Positions 19,508-29,455 of a stretch of 64,000 bases of DNA are shown piece by piece. The DNA comes from Bacteroidota bacterium. GTDB lineage: Bacteria > Bacteroidota > Bacteroidia > UKL13-3. The position numbers and the translations under genes were made by a program. The stretch lies in contig JAIYAT010000031.1 in assembly GCA_027488905.1 (NCBI GenBank), forward strand, positions 36,748 to 100,747, written 5' to 3'. Under the pieces are notes generated by a model that was not told the origin of the DNA, made no database searches, and worked only from the letters and a program-made list of their open reading frames with translations. Each line of letters begins with the position of its first letter. Position 1 is the stretch's first letter.

Positions 19508-19555
19508 TTATTTTAAATAATGCTTTTACTAATTTAATATTAATTTAATTATAAA

Positions 19556-19586
19556 CAAAAAAAGCAGCCATTGGCTGCTTTTTTTG
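19556..19586. terminator. terminator downstream of rplY
   Basis: Inverted repeat CAAAAAAAGCAGCCA-T-TGGCTGCTTTTTTTG. Confidence 0.85.
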
Positions 19587-19600
19587 TAAGATTTGAAAGT

Positions 19601-20197
19601 TTATTTTTTCTTTTTTCCGTCTTTTTCTTCAGCTTTAGCAGCCTCTTGAACAGCACGGGTTGTTTTGATTGTAACAATTGGATTGTTAGGAGAATCCAAG
19701 AAGATAATTCCTTCAATTGCGGCTAATTCACCAACTTTAATTGACTTACCAATTTCTAGATGCTCAATGTTAATTTCAATAAAATCAGGTAATACACTTG
19801 GTAAAGCTCTTACACGTAATTTTTTAGCCTTTACAATAAGCTTACCACCCGCACGAACACCAACAGAGTTTCCAACAACTTTTACTGGGATACCAATATC
19901 TACAGTTTTGTCATCTTTGATTTCTTGAAAATCTACATGTAAAATAGATTCATTAACTGGGTGAAATTGGATATCTTTAAGCATCGCGATGTAAACAGCG
20001 CCATCAATATCTAATTTTACCTTGTAGGTGTTTGGCGTATAAACCAATAGTTTAAAATCTGGTTCATACATAGAAAAATGTACGTGATTTTCACCACCAT
20101 ACAATACACATGGAACCTTTCCTTCGGTTCTTAGAGACTTAGCAGAAACCTTACCGGTATTTTCGCGGCGGTTTCCAAACATTGCAATTGACTTCAT
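19601..20197 (-). CDS. rplY: 50S ribosomal protein L25/Ctc
   Basis: GKVPCVLYG, DIQFHPV...ILHVDF, GVRAGG motifs; downstream of prs. Confidence 0.97.
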   Translation of the reverse strand: MKSIAMFGNRRENTGKVSAKSLRTEGKVPCVLYGGENHVHFSMYEPDFKLLVYTPNTYKVKLDIDGAVYIAMLKDIQFHPVNESILHVDFQEIKDDKTVDIGIPVKVVGNSVGVRAGGKLIVKAKKLRVRALPSVLPDFIEINIEHLEIGKSIKVGELAAIEGIIFLDSPNNPIVTIKTTRAVQEAAKAEEKDGKKKK

Positions 20198-20286
20198 ATA
20201 TTTTATTTTTTCGGTTTACTCAAAGTTTACTAGTTTAGCAATTAATGCTAATTCAAGTACTTCCCATCAACTATAGAACCTGATTC

Positions 20287-21240
20287 TTAAGCCTTTTTGA
20301 TTTCAAAAAGACTAGAGATTGAACCATGTTCGGTTATGTTACGAATTGCTTCGGCAAAAAGCCCGGCAACAGATAACACTTTGATTTTAGAACTTTCTTT
20401 TTTAAGTGGGATGGTATCAGTTACTACTAATTCATCCAAAATACTGTTTTCAATGGTCTCATAAGCCTTACCACTCAAAACAGGATGCGTACACATTGCT
20501 CTTACGCTTCTTGCTCCTTTGTCTTTAATCAATTGAGCTGCTTTGGCTAAGGTGTTTCCTGTATCAATAATATCATCAACCATAATGATATCTTTCCCAG
20601 TAACGTCTCCAATTAAGGTCATGGAAGCAATTTCATTTGCTCTTCTTCTCTCTTTATCAACAATTACCATATCGCAACCTAAGGCTTTTGCGTAAATTCT
20701 CGCCCTTGCACTTGAGCCAATATCTGGAGAGGCTATCATCAAATCATGGTTACTTATGCTCAATTTCTGCATATATGGCAGAAAAATAACAGATGAATCC
20801 AAATGATCAACTGGAATTTCAAAAAAACCTTGAATTTGTGGGGCATGTAAATCCATGGTTATTACTCTGCTGGCGCCAACTGAGGTTAGGATATCTGCAA
20901 CTACTTTTGATCCGATGGAAACCCTTGGTTTATCTTTCCTATCCTGCCTTGCCATCCCAAAATATGGTATAACAGCAGTGATATAATGTGCCGAAGCTCT
21001 TTTGGCTGCATCAATCATTAAAAGCAGCTCCATCAGGTTATCCGAATTTGCAAAGGTACTTTGAACCAAAAATACATCGCATCCCCGAACTGATTCATTG
21101 AAGCTGGGTTGAAATTCCCCATCACTAAATCTAGAAATTACACAATCTCCTAGGTTTAATCCATAGGATTTTGCAACTTGTTCAGCCAAGTACCTAGAAT
21201 TTGTTCCGGAGAAGATTTTAACCTCGTTTTTAACAACCAT
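20287..21240 (-). CDS. prs: ribose-phosphate pyrophosphokinase
   Basis: FSDGE, ARQDRK, DLHAPQIQGFF, VDDIIDTG motifs. Confidence 0.98.
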   Translation of the reverse strand: MVVKNEVKIFSGTNSRYLAEQVAKSYGLNLGDCVISRFSDGEFQPSFNESVRGCDVFLVQSTFANSDNLMELLLMIDAAKRASAHYITAVIPYFGMARQDRKDKPRVSIGSKVVADILTSVGASRVITMDLHAPQIQGFFEIPVDHLDSSVIFLPYMQKLSISNHDLMIASPDIGSSARARIYAKALGCDMVIVDKERRRANEIASMTLIGDVTGKDIIMVDDIIDTGNTLAKAAQLIKDKGARSVRAMCTHPVLSGKAYETIENSILDELVVTDTIPLKKESSKIKVLSVAGLFAEAIRNITEHGSISSLFEIKKA

Positions 21241-21250
21241 AATTTATACA

Positions 21251-21275
21251 AAAAGCCGCATTTTTTGCGGCTTTT
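21251..21275 (-). terminator. terminator-like hairpin between tRNA-Gln and prs
   Basis: AAAAGCCGCA/TGCGGCTTTT stem with a T-run on the minus strand. Confidence 0.7.
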
Positions 21276-21284
21276 CAGCACTTG

Positions 21285-21357
21285 TTGACCGACTAGGTTT
21301 CGAACCTAGACTCTTCTGAACCAAAATCAGACGTGTTGCCAGTTACACCATCGGTCA
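21285..21357 (-). tRNA. tRNA-Gln (anticodon TTG); CCA not encoded
   Basis: Minus strand: acceptor TGACCGA/TCGGTCA, D arm TGGTGTAACTGGCAACAC, anticodon arm TCTGA-TTTTGGT-TCAGA, T arm CTAGG-TTCGAAA-CCTAG. Confidence 0.97.
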
Positions 21358-21368
21358 ATTAGGGATGG

Positions 21369-21376
21369 CAAAGGTA
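21369..21376 (-). promoter_or_regulatory. -7 promoter element for tRNA-Gln/prs
   Basis: TACCTTTG on the minus strand, 11 nt upstream of the tRNA. Confidence 0.7.
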
Positions 21377-21482
21377 GAAAAATTTCAAAAAAAGCAAAGC
21401 TATTCTCTATTTTTTTTGAATTTCTTTACTTATTCTTTAAAAAAATGGGTTTTAAAGTGTTTTTGAAATAGATATTTGCACC

Positions 21483-22676
21483 ATGAATCAGACTTATTGT
21501 GTAGCCTTAGTTTTTAGCAGAAAATCATACCGATATCGCGCTTATGCTAGACAATACACTGAGGCTCTTTTGTCTTTACAAAAACATGTTGTTATTGTTT
21601 CTCCGGATTGTTTAGAGTTGCAGCAAGATTTGCTTGTGAAATTTAGGAGCTATTCAGATAAATTAAGTTTTATTCCATTTCCTGAGAATGACTTTAAATA
21701 TGCTTATCCTAAGAGATTTGAATTAATTAAAAGGTATTTTAGGTTAAGACGTTATTTGAAGGCAGCCGAGCTTAGCATTCAAACCAAGATTGATTTGGTT
21801 TTTTTTGCTCCACTTGAAGATTGGGTCAAACCGAAATTTAGAAAATGGATTTTTAGGAAAGTGTTTCCTTATACATTTACTGGGCTAATTACTAAAACCA
21901 AACTTTATGAGAATGGCAGTTTAAAATTGAATGTTGATCCAAAATATAAAGAGCCGGATTACCTTTTGTCTATAGAAACTTGTGTTGGAGTTTGTACTTT
22001 AGACAGGTTTAATACAGAAAAAATTCGAAGTAGAATTTATCGAAAAGTTATTTTATTGCCTGATGTTACAGATTTTGAGCTTCAAACGGGAAACTACGAA
22101 CTTGGTCAGCAAATTAGAAAAATGGCAAAAGGTAGAATGCTTATTGGTGCTGTTTTGATTGATGATGAGTTTCCTTTTAATTTAATTGACATGATTAAGT
22201 CGGCACCCACAGACCTATACTTTTTTGTAATAATTGCAGAAACTTCCTCGGGTTTATTTATGGATGTACAAAAGGAGAAGTTAAATGAACTTTTACAAAG
22301 TGAAAAGCTAAATTACTATATAAAAACTGATGTTGAGTTAAGTAAGGAAAAGTTAAATTCATTGATTAAATCCTTAGACGTTGTTTATTTAGAAAATAAT
22401 TTTGATGAATTGCCTGCAGTTTTGCTTACGAAGATTGCTAAATATGAAAAGCCAGTTATTTCTTTTAAGAATGGATATACCTCAAAATTAGTTGTTTCTT
22501 TTAAATTGGGTGTGGTTGTTAGTGAAAACCAATACAATCAAAATGATGCCTTACAGATATTGAGATTACAACTACCATTTAACTTGAATTATGATTTCGA
22601 GCCTTTTAAAACATATGTCAAATTGCAAAGTCAGGATTATTTGAAGCAGTCTTGGGAGGAGCTATTGTGGTTTTAA
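21483..22676 (+). CDS. putative glycosyltransferase (divergent, GT-B-like)
   Basis: Size about 400 aa; LPDVTD and LTKIAKYEKPVI...G...V...KLG pattern resembling a GT4 C-domain. Confidence 0.5.
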   Translation: MNQTYCVALVFSRKSYRYRAYARQYTEALLSLQKHVVIVSPDCLELQQDLLVKFRSYSDKLSFIPFPENDFKYAYPKRFELIKRYFRLRRYLKAAELSIQTKIDLVFFAPLEDWVKPKFRKWIFRKVFPYTFTGLITKTKLYENGSLKLNVDPKYKEPDYLLSIETCVGVCTLDRFNTEKIRSRIYRKVILLPDVTDFELQTGNYELGQQIRKMAKGRMLIGAVLIDDEFPFNLIDMIKSAPTDLYFFVIIAETSSGLFMDVQKEKLNELLQSEKLNYYIKTDVELSKEKLNSLIKSLDVVYLENNFDELPAVLLTKIAKYEKPVISFKNGYTSKLVVSFKLGVVVSENQYNQNDALQILRLQLPFNLNYDFEPFKTYVKLQSQDYLKQSWEELLWF

Positions 22677-22700
22677 TGACTGAATATTTATCTTGCACAA

Positions 22701-23468
22701 GTGAAATGTAAAATTTGCAATCAAATAGTGAGTCAGGTTTTTGAAGCCGAAGTCCTGCGCAAATATCAAGTTAAGTACTACCATTGTTCTCAATGTGGAT
22801 TTATTCAACCAGAAGAACCTTATTGGCTACAAGAGGCTTACGAGAGTCCTTTAAATACAGAGGATACGGGCATTTTAAAACGAAATGAGTATTTTAGAAG
22901 TAGGGTAACACTTTTGTTAAAAGATTTATTTGGCAATAAAGGGAAGTTTTTGGATTACGGAGGAGGATATGGCGTTTTTACAAGGTTGATGAGAGATGTT
23001 GGATTTGATTATTTTTGGCAAGACAGATACGCTCAGAATATATTGGCCCGTGGTTTTTCTCATGAAGAAGGCCATCGTTACAATGCAATTACAGCCTTTG
23101 AAGTTTTTGAACACCTAACAGATGTGCACGCAGAATTGGACGAAATGCTCAAATATTCAGATACCATTATTTTTTCTACCTTATTGCATGGAAACGAGAT
23201 TCCAAGCAAGGATTGGTGGTATTATGCTTTTAATCATGGGCAACATATTTCATTGTTTACAATAAAATCATTGGAGATTTTAGCCTCCTCGAAAGGGTTA
23301 AATTTTTATTCTAATGGCGTTAATTTGCATATGTTTACCAAAAGTAAATATACTAACCAAAAATTTAGGTTGCAGATTTTTAAAGCAAAATGGCTTTGGA
23401 TTTTTTTACAATCGAGAGGTTTTAAAAGCAAAACAGACTCTGATTTTGAGTTACTTAGTAATCTGTAA
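22701..23468 (+). CDS. class I SAM-dependent methyltransferase with an N-terminal Zn ribbon
   Basis: CKIC...CSQC; FLDYGGGYG; AFEVFEH. Confidence 0.85.
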   Translation: MKCKICNQIVSQVFEAEVLRKYQVKYYHCSQCGFIQPEEPYWLQEAYESPLNTEDTGILKRNEYFRSRVTLLLKDLFGNKGKFLDYGGGYGVFTRLMRDVGFDYFWQDRYAQNILARGFSHEEGHRYNAITAFEVFEHLTDVHAELDEMLKYSDTIIFSTLLHGNEIPSKDWWYYAFNHGQHISLFTIKSLEILASSKGLNFYSNGVNLHMFTKSKYTNQKFRLQIFKAKWLWIFLQSRGFKSKTDSDFELLSNL

Positions 23469-23561
23469 TTGAATTAATAAATTTGGTTTTGAATAGCCAA
23501 TGATTAAATTTGAAAGGTTTAAACCTAAAAAATTAAAGGTTACTTTCAATTAATCTATATA

Positions 23562-26500
23562 ATGAAAAAAAGATTTTTATTGGCTCTTATTACATCCTTT
23601 TTTAGTGTGTGTTTACATGCTCAAACTTTTAATTGGAGTTTGAAGGCTGGTTCTACTGGTACTGATAATTTTCGGTCAACTGCAATAGATGCCCAAAATA
23701 ATGTTTATGGACTACTTTATTTTAGTTCAATTCTAACCATAGATAGTGCAGGGACGCCTAAGGTTTTTAATACAACTGGCCAACGCGACATTTTGATTGT
23801 TAAATATAATTGTAACAAAGTATTTCAGTGGGCAGTTCAAGTAGGAGGCACATTTGATGATGGTGGAAATGCAGGTTTTTCTGATTTGGAAGTTGATACA
23901 AATGGTATTGTTTATGTTGCTTCAACTATAAATGGTTCTGCTAATTTTATTTCTGCAAATGGTAATTCTACCAATAGAACGAGCGCAGGGCAACAAGATG
24001 GGTTTTTAATGAAGCTTTCTTCAAGCGGTATCATTCAATGGATTAATTTGCTTGGTGGTGGAAGCAATGATGAAGGGACCTCAGTTACTATCGATCGCCA
24101 ACAAAATGTTTATGTGGGTGGATACCATACAGGTTTAGCTACGTTTGTAAGTACAACACTTCCAAATTTTGTTAGAAATTCTGCAGCGGCTTCAGTTGAC
24201 TTTTTCTTAGCAAAGTATAATCCTTCTGGTGTTATTCAATATCTTTCTGGAGGTGCTTCTGGTGGTGCTGATATAATTACAGGTCTAGCTGTTGATAGTG
24301 CTTTTACCGTATATGGCGTTGGTACTTTTGGAGGAGGAGGAAATTTTAATGGGTTTTTTGGCGCAAATGCCTTAAACAATTCAGCGGGTACAGGCGCTTT
24401 TCTTGCTGCCTTCAATGCTGCAGGTGCTACCCAATGGGGAGTTGGAATGGGAAACAATTTAAATGAAGCTTTTTATAGCGTTGCAGTTGACGACCAAACA
24501 AATAGAGTATTTGCGACAGGCGCATTTCAAGGGTCAACCACCCTTACTTCTCGCCCAGGTGGAACAGCACAAAACTTAAATGCAGTTGGGAATTTTGATG
24601 CGGTATTAGCTTGTTTTACACTAACTGGCGGCACACAATGGGCTAGAACTATTTCTGGTGGTTCTAATGAATATCCATATGCACTTGAATTAAGTGCAAA
24701 TGGAGAAGTAATTATTGGAGGAGAAATAAGTAGTAATACTAATTTTGGAGGAACTACAATAAATACAAGTGGAGGGTCAAATATTTTTGTTGCAAGGTAT
24801 TCGCAAACAAATGTATTTATTTCTGCAATTAACCTATCTCAAGGCAACCCTGGCAGTGGTTTTTGTTTGACCCGATCACCAAGTAGTCAAATTTATCTAT
24901 CTGGGAGTTTTAATACTTCTATCCTTTTTGGCAATGATACCTTAAATTCTTCAGGCGGCTCAGATGGCTTTATAGCAAGACTTCAAGATTTTGACACAAC
25001 TTATTTATCTGTAAACAAAACAAGCTTAACTTGTACTGGTGATACTGTGGATTTTTATGTGTCAAATAAACGTTTAGGAACTTTTAAATGGTACAGAAAT
25101 GATACCTTAATAACCATAACAACTGCCCCAAATTGGAGGGCTTGGGAAAGTGGCGTTTATAAAGTTGTTTCCTCTAATAATTGTGCAGTTGATAAAGAAT
25201 CTTTCTCTTTTACTATTGTAAGAAGTCCTTTTTATGTTGCGCCAAGAGTCTCTAACATCACAGTGTGCACTGGGGATACAGGAAGATTAAACGCCTCTGG
25301 TGCGCAACTTTATGCATGGTTTCCTTCAACTGGCTTAAACGATTCAACCTTAGCCTCGCCTTTGGTTAATGTAAATGCAAACGCCACATATTACTTAGTT
25401 AGATTAACCGGAACTTGTATTGACGTTGATACTGTAACCGTAACCTTGCTCAACAACTGTTGTTTAACGTGTTCTAGTCCTTACCAATTAAATCAAGGCG
25501 TTGTGGCTTGTTACCCATTTTCTGGAAATGCAAATGATGAAAGTGGTAATGGAAACAATGCTCAGAATTTTAATGCTGCCTTAGCGCCAGATAGGTTTAA
25601 CGTAGCAAATAGGGCCTATCAATTTAATGGTTTTAATAGTTATTTGGAGGTGCCAAATTCTGTTTCTTTAGCTTCACCAACTAATCAAATCTCATTTACT
25701 TTTTGGGCTCGAGTTACCAATTGGAATTTTAATGCTGGCGTTCAATACACCCCAATTTTAAGTAAATCAACAACTACAGCCGCAGCGCAATATAGAGCTA
25801 TGGTTCGCAGCAACGGTGCTTATGCAATGACAGATGGGAAAAGTTGGAATGGTGTCATAGGTTCAGCTACTAATTTAAATATCTGGTATTTCTTTTGTAT
25901 CACAGCGAGGAACGATACGATGTTTTACTATAGAAATGGAACTTTATTAGGTTTTGCTGTTGGTCCAACTACTTATACCTTAAACAATACAACTCCTTTA
26001 AGAATTGGAAGAAATGACGTTAACACAGCGGTGGTATTTTCAGGTAGATTAGATGAGCTAAGAATTTATAACAGAACACTTACCCAACCAGAGATAACTA
26101 AATTATATAATTTGAGTAATATCAATGGATTGCCAACTATAACTGCGGGTTTAGATAAGGATGTTTGTAAAGGAGATTCAATTCAAATCGTAACTACTGG
26201 TACAACTGGTTCCTACCTTTGGACACCTAATGTGTTCCTTTCAAGTGATACTGCTAGAAGTCCTTTTAATAAAGGCGATACTAGCACTACCTATATTACT
26301 CAGGTAGATTATTTTGGTTGCAAAAACTACGACACAGTTCGGGTAAATGTCGCTAATTTTCAACCTGATATTGGTTCAGACCAAACTATTTGTAGAGGAG
26401 ATACTGCAACCTTAATATTATCTAATGGGGGTAGTACTTTCGGATGGTCGCCTAATTATAGGTTGCTTGGCTTAAACAATGATACTGCTCTTGTTTTTCC

Positions 26501-28451
26501 TTTGGTAGATACAAACTATGTTTTAGCTACAAATAATGGAATTTGCACAAGGAGAGATACTTTGAGAATTACTGTAAATAGTGTTTCATTAAATGCTGGT
26601 CCTGATGCCGCTATTTGTCCAGGAGATACTGCTAAATTCACCGTCACTAGCGATGGAACTGTCAGGTGGACACCGTTTACATATCTTAGTGATACTATTG
26701 GTACTAATGTATATGCACTCCCAGATTCCAATATAACTTATATTCTGCAAGCCAATAATTTGGGTTGCTTGGCTTATGATACAGTTTCAGTAGTAACTGT
26801 TTCACTTCCAGTTAATGCTGGAACTGATAAGTTAATTTGTTTTGGAGATTCTGTTCAACTTACAGCAACTGGAGGTTCAAACTATATCTGGCTACCAAAT
26901 TATCGAATGACCGATTCGTCTACTGCTACACCAACAGTTTTTCCTGCTGTACCAACCTATTATTTTGTAGCCTCCTACAATGGATTATGTGCCAGATACG
27001 ATAGTGTTTTCGTTGATGTTAGGGTTCCTTATGCAGATGCTGGAATTGATAAAACTATTTGTAATGGTGATAGCGCTGTTATTGGGGTTGGGGTAAATGG
27101 AATTAAAACTTGGTTTCCAATTACTGGAATTGATACCAGTTCAAAAACGCCATATGCAAAGCCCGCAGCCACTACAACCTATTACCTAACTGGAAACAAT
27201 GGCGGATGCATGGCTTATGATACAGTTACTGTTTCTGTACTTAATTTTAATATAAGTGCAGGAATGGACAGGGTAATTTGTAAAGGTGACAGCGTGCAAC
27301 TTGGGGCTACAGGTGGGGTTAAATATAATTGGATACCTCTCTATAATATTAGTGACACAGGTATTGCAAACCCTTGGGTGAAACCAGATGTAACTACCCC
27401 ATATCTAGTACTTTCAACCAATGGTTATTGTGTTAGGGTCGATACTGTTTTAATTGATGTAAAATCACTAAATCTTAGCGCAGGAATTGATACAAGTGTT
27501 TGTATTGGTGAAAGTGTTAAACTAAATGCATCAGGAGCTTCAACTTACCAATGGTCGCCAATTAGTAACATCGATAATCCAACAATTGCCTCACCTACCG
27601 TTACACCAAATGTTCCAACAGCATACATTGTTTTAGGATTTGATGGAGTTGTTTGTCAAACCTATGATACTGTTTTTGTGGATGTAAAAAATTATCCAGT
27701 TGTAAATGCAGGAGTTGATTTACGCCATTGCCCAGATGAGTTTTTGGATATGGCTGCAAGTGTTTCTGAATACACCAGATTAGAATGGTTACCTGCTACC
27801 TATCTAAGTGATAAACTAACTTTGAATCCTCAAGTATCTGTTAAAACAAATACGACTTATGTGCTAAGTGCTTGGAATGGCCATTGCTACAGTTCAGATA
27901 CAATGACTGTTAGCGTTAATCCTAAAGTTGTTGCAGCGTTTAATGCAATTCCATCAAATGGTTTTGCTCCTTTACCTGTTACTTTTAATAACACAAGTCT
28001 TAATGCATATTTTTATACTTGGGATTTTGATAATAATGGAGACACTGATACAGCAAAAAATCCGACTTACATCTTTAATGCTGAGGGTAGATACTTTGTA
28101 TTATTATTAGCCAAAGACAGTTTAGGTTGCTTTGATACTGTTTCTTATCCTATTGACATTCAGGAGAAGGAAAACATCTTTATGCCTAATGCCTTTTCTC
28201 CAAATGGAGATGGCCTAAACGACCGCTTTGAACCAACGTATAATCCGTCTAAATTTGAGTATGTTGAGTACCAAATTTTCAATCGTTGGGGTGTACAGAT
28301 ATTTAGTACGAAAGTTCCACTAGGACTTTGGTGGGATGGCAAAACAAGCGGCCTTGCAGAACCTGCAGGTGTCTTTACTTATGTTGGCTTTGCTAAAGAC
28401 CTTAAAGGAAAGATTTACGAATTGAACGGCTCTGTTACCTTAATTAGATAG
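23562..28451 (+). CDS. large secreted adhesin-like protein: beta-propeller repeats, LamG/ConA domain, Ig-like repeats, PKD, T9SS type B C-terminal domain
   Basis: Signal peptide; GRLDELRIYNRTL; repeated AG.D..IC.GD; YTWDFD..NPTY; MPNAFSPNGDGLND...IFNRWG...GSVTLIR. Confidence 0.9.
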   Translation: MKKRFLLALITSFFSVCLHAQTFNWSLKAGSTGTDNFRSTAIDAQNNVYGLLYFSSILTIDSAGTPKVFNTTGQRDILIVKYNCNKVFQWAVQVGGTFDDGGNAGFSDLEVDTNGIVYVASTINGSANFISANGNSTNRTSAGQQDGFLMKLSSSGIIQWINLLGGGSNDEGTSVTIDRQQNVYVGGYHTGLATFVSTTLPNFVRNSAAASVDFFLAKYNPSGVIQYLSGGASGGADIITGLAVDSAFTVYGVGTFGGGGNFNGFFGANALNNSAGTGAFLAAFNAAGATQWGVGMGNNLNEAFYSVAVDDQTNRVFATGAFQGSTTLTSRPGGTAQNLNAVGNFDAVLACFTLTGGTQWARTISGGSNEYPYALELSANGEVIIGGEISSNTNFGGTTINTSGGSNIFVARYSQTNVFISAINLSQGNPGSGFCLTRSPSSQIYLSGSFNTSILFGNDTLNSSGGSDGFIARLQDFDTTYLSVNKTSLTCTGDTVDFYVSNKRLGTFKWYRNDTLITITTAPNWRAWESGVYKVVSSNNCAVDKESFSFTIVRSPFYVAPRVSNITVCTGDTGRLNASGAQLYAWFPSTGLNDSTLASPLVNVNANATYYLVRLTGTCIDVDTVTVTLLNNCCLTCSSPYQLNQGVVACYPFSGNANDESGNGNNAQNFNAALAPDRFNVANRAYQFNGFNSYLEVPNSVSLASPTNQISFTFWARVTNWNFNAGVQYTPILSKSTTTAAAQYRAMVRSNGAYAMTDGKSWNGVIGSATNLNIWYFFCITARNDTMFYYRNGTLLGFAVGPTTYTLNNTTPLRIGRNDVNTAVVFSGRLDELRIYNRTLTQPEITKLYNLSNINGLPTITAGLDKDVCKGDSIQIVTTGTTGSYLWTPNVFLSSDTARSPFNKGDTSTTYITQVDYFGCKNYDTVRVNVANFQPDIGSDQTICRGDTATLILSNGGSTFGWSPNYRLLGLNNDTALVFPLVDTNYVLATNNGICTRRDTLRITVNSVSLNAGPDAAICPGDTAKFTVTSDGTVRWTPFTYLSDTIGTNVYALPDSNITYILQANNLGCLAYDTVSVVTVSLPVNAGTDKLICFGDSVQLTATGGSNYIWLPNYRMTDSSTATPTVFPAVPTYYFVASYNGLCARYDSVFVDVRVPYADAGIDKTICNGDSAVIGVGVNGIKTWFPITGIDTSSKTPYAKPAATTTYYLTGNNGGCMAYDTVTVSVLNFNISAGMDRVICKGDSVQLGATGGVKYNWIPLYNISDTGIANPWVKPDVTTPYLVLSTNGYCVRVDTVLIDVKSLNLSAGIDTSVCIGESVKLNASGASTYQWSPISNIDNPTIASPTVTPNVPTAYIVLGFDGVVCQTYDTVFVDVKNYPVVNAGVDLRHCPDEFLDMAASVSEYTRLEWLPATYLSDKLTLNPQVSVKTNTTYVLSAWNGHCYSSDTMTVSVNPKVVAAFNAIPSNGFAPLPVTFNNTSLNAYFYTWDFDNNGDTDTAKNPTYIFNAEGRYFVLLLAKDSLGCFDTVSYPIDIQEKENIFMPNAFSPNGDGLNDRFEPTYNPSKFEYVEYQIFNRWGVQIFSTKVPLGLWWDGKTSGLAEPAGVFTYVGFAKDLKGKIYELNGSVTLIR

Positions 28452-28744
28452 TTGGCTTTTTAGTAATGAAAATTCTTTAATAGGTAAGCCAAAGGTTCTG
28501 CCAAAACAACCATAGGCAATCTCCATAATTCATGTTGCCATTTGCAGGCATCACAAAGTTATTGTTGATTGAATCTTTGAATTTTTTAAACTGTGTCTTT
28601 AAGCAATTAAATTGCGTTAATGCCCATTCATTATTGCCGCTGTCTTTCCTAAATGTATAGCTACAGCTGGTATTTTGCATGATTTTTATTCCTTGCACAA
28701 ATAAAGAAATATTGGTTTGCAATAGTTTTATTTGTAATCTATAA

Positions 28745-29455
28745 ATGGCAAGTGACTTCTTCGATTTTAAGCAGTTTAGGGTTTACCATAACCAATGCGC
28801 CATGAAGGTTGGCACAGATAGCGTTTTGCTTGGTGCACTTATTCCGCAATCTGAAGATGTTTCAACTATTTTGGATATTGGCACTGGCTCTGGCATTCTC
28901 GCGCTAATGATGGCGCAACGTTTTCCCAAGGCTTCAATAGATGCCATAGAAATAGATTTAGCTGCTGCAACCCAAGCCCACCATAATTTTGAGCAAAGTA
29001 AGTGGTGCAATCGGTTGAAAGTATTTCCTAATGGATTGCAAGCGTTTTCTGCGACAAATAAGTATCAGTTAATCATAAGTAATCCACCCTATTTTGTATT
29101 GGAAGACGCTTATCAAATGGTAGATTCTTCAAGAAGAGACGCTCGCTATACCCATACTTTAACACATCATGAACTGCTAAGTAATAGCATGAATTTAATG
29201 GATGAAAAAGGTACCCTATTTGTAATTCTTCCTTCTAGTAATGCTGCTTCATTTTTTCAATTGGCGCAAGGTTTCGGTTTGAACCAAACTTTTGAAGTTG
29301 CAATTAAGATGAAGCCTAATGCGCTTGTTTCTCGGTACATTTTAGGATTTAGTTTAACACCCAAAATGATGGAGCAATCTGAGTTTGTTGTTTATGATAC
29401 GCTTGGCAAAAGAAGTGAAGCTTATGCCATGGTTACCTCAGATTTTTACCTCTGA
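28745..29455 (+). CDS. tRNA1(Val) A37 N6-methyltransferase (TrmN6/YfiC family)
   Basis: FDFKQF, MKVGTDSVLLG, LDIGTGSG, SNPPYF motifs. Confidence 0.9.
   Translation: MASDFFDFKQFRVYHNQCAMKVGTDSVLLGALIPQSEDVSTILDIGTGSGILALMMAQRFPKASIDAIEIDLAAATQAHHNFEQSKWCNRLKVFPNGLQAFSATNKYQLIISNPPYFVLEDAYQMVDSSRRDARYTHTLTHHELLSNSMNLMDEKGTLFVILPSSNAASFFQLAQGFGLNQTFEVAIKMKPNALVSRYILGFSLTPKMMEQSEFVVYDTLGKRSEAYAMVTSDFYL

Noticed and set aside
21285-28451. Genomic island integrated at tRNA-Gln
   Set aside because: No integrase and no duplicated tRNA 3' end were seen, and the accessory-looking genes lie on the tRNA 5' side
28477-28722. 81-aa minus-strand ORF between the adhesin and TrmN6-like genes
   Set aside because: No recognisable motif or signal; cannot be distinguished from a chance ORF
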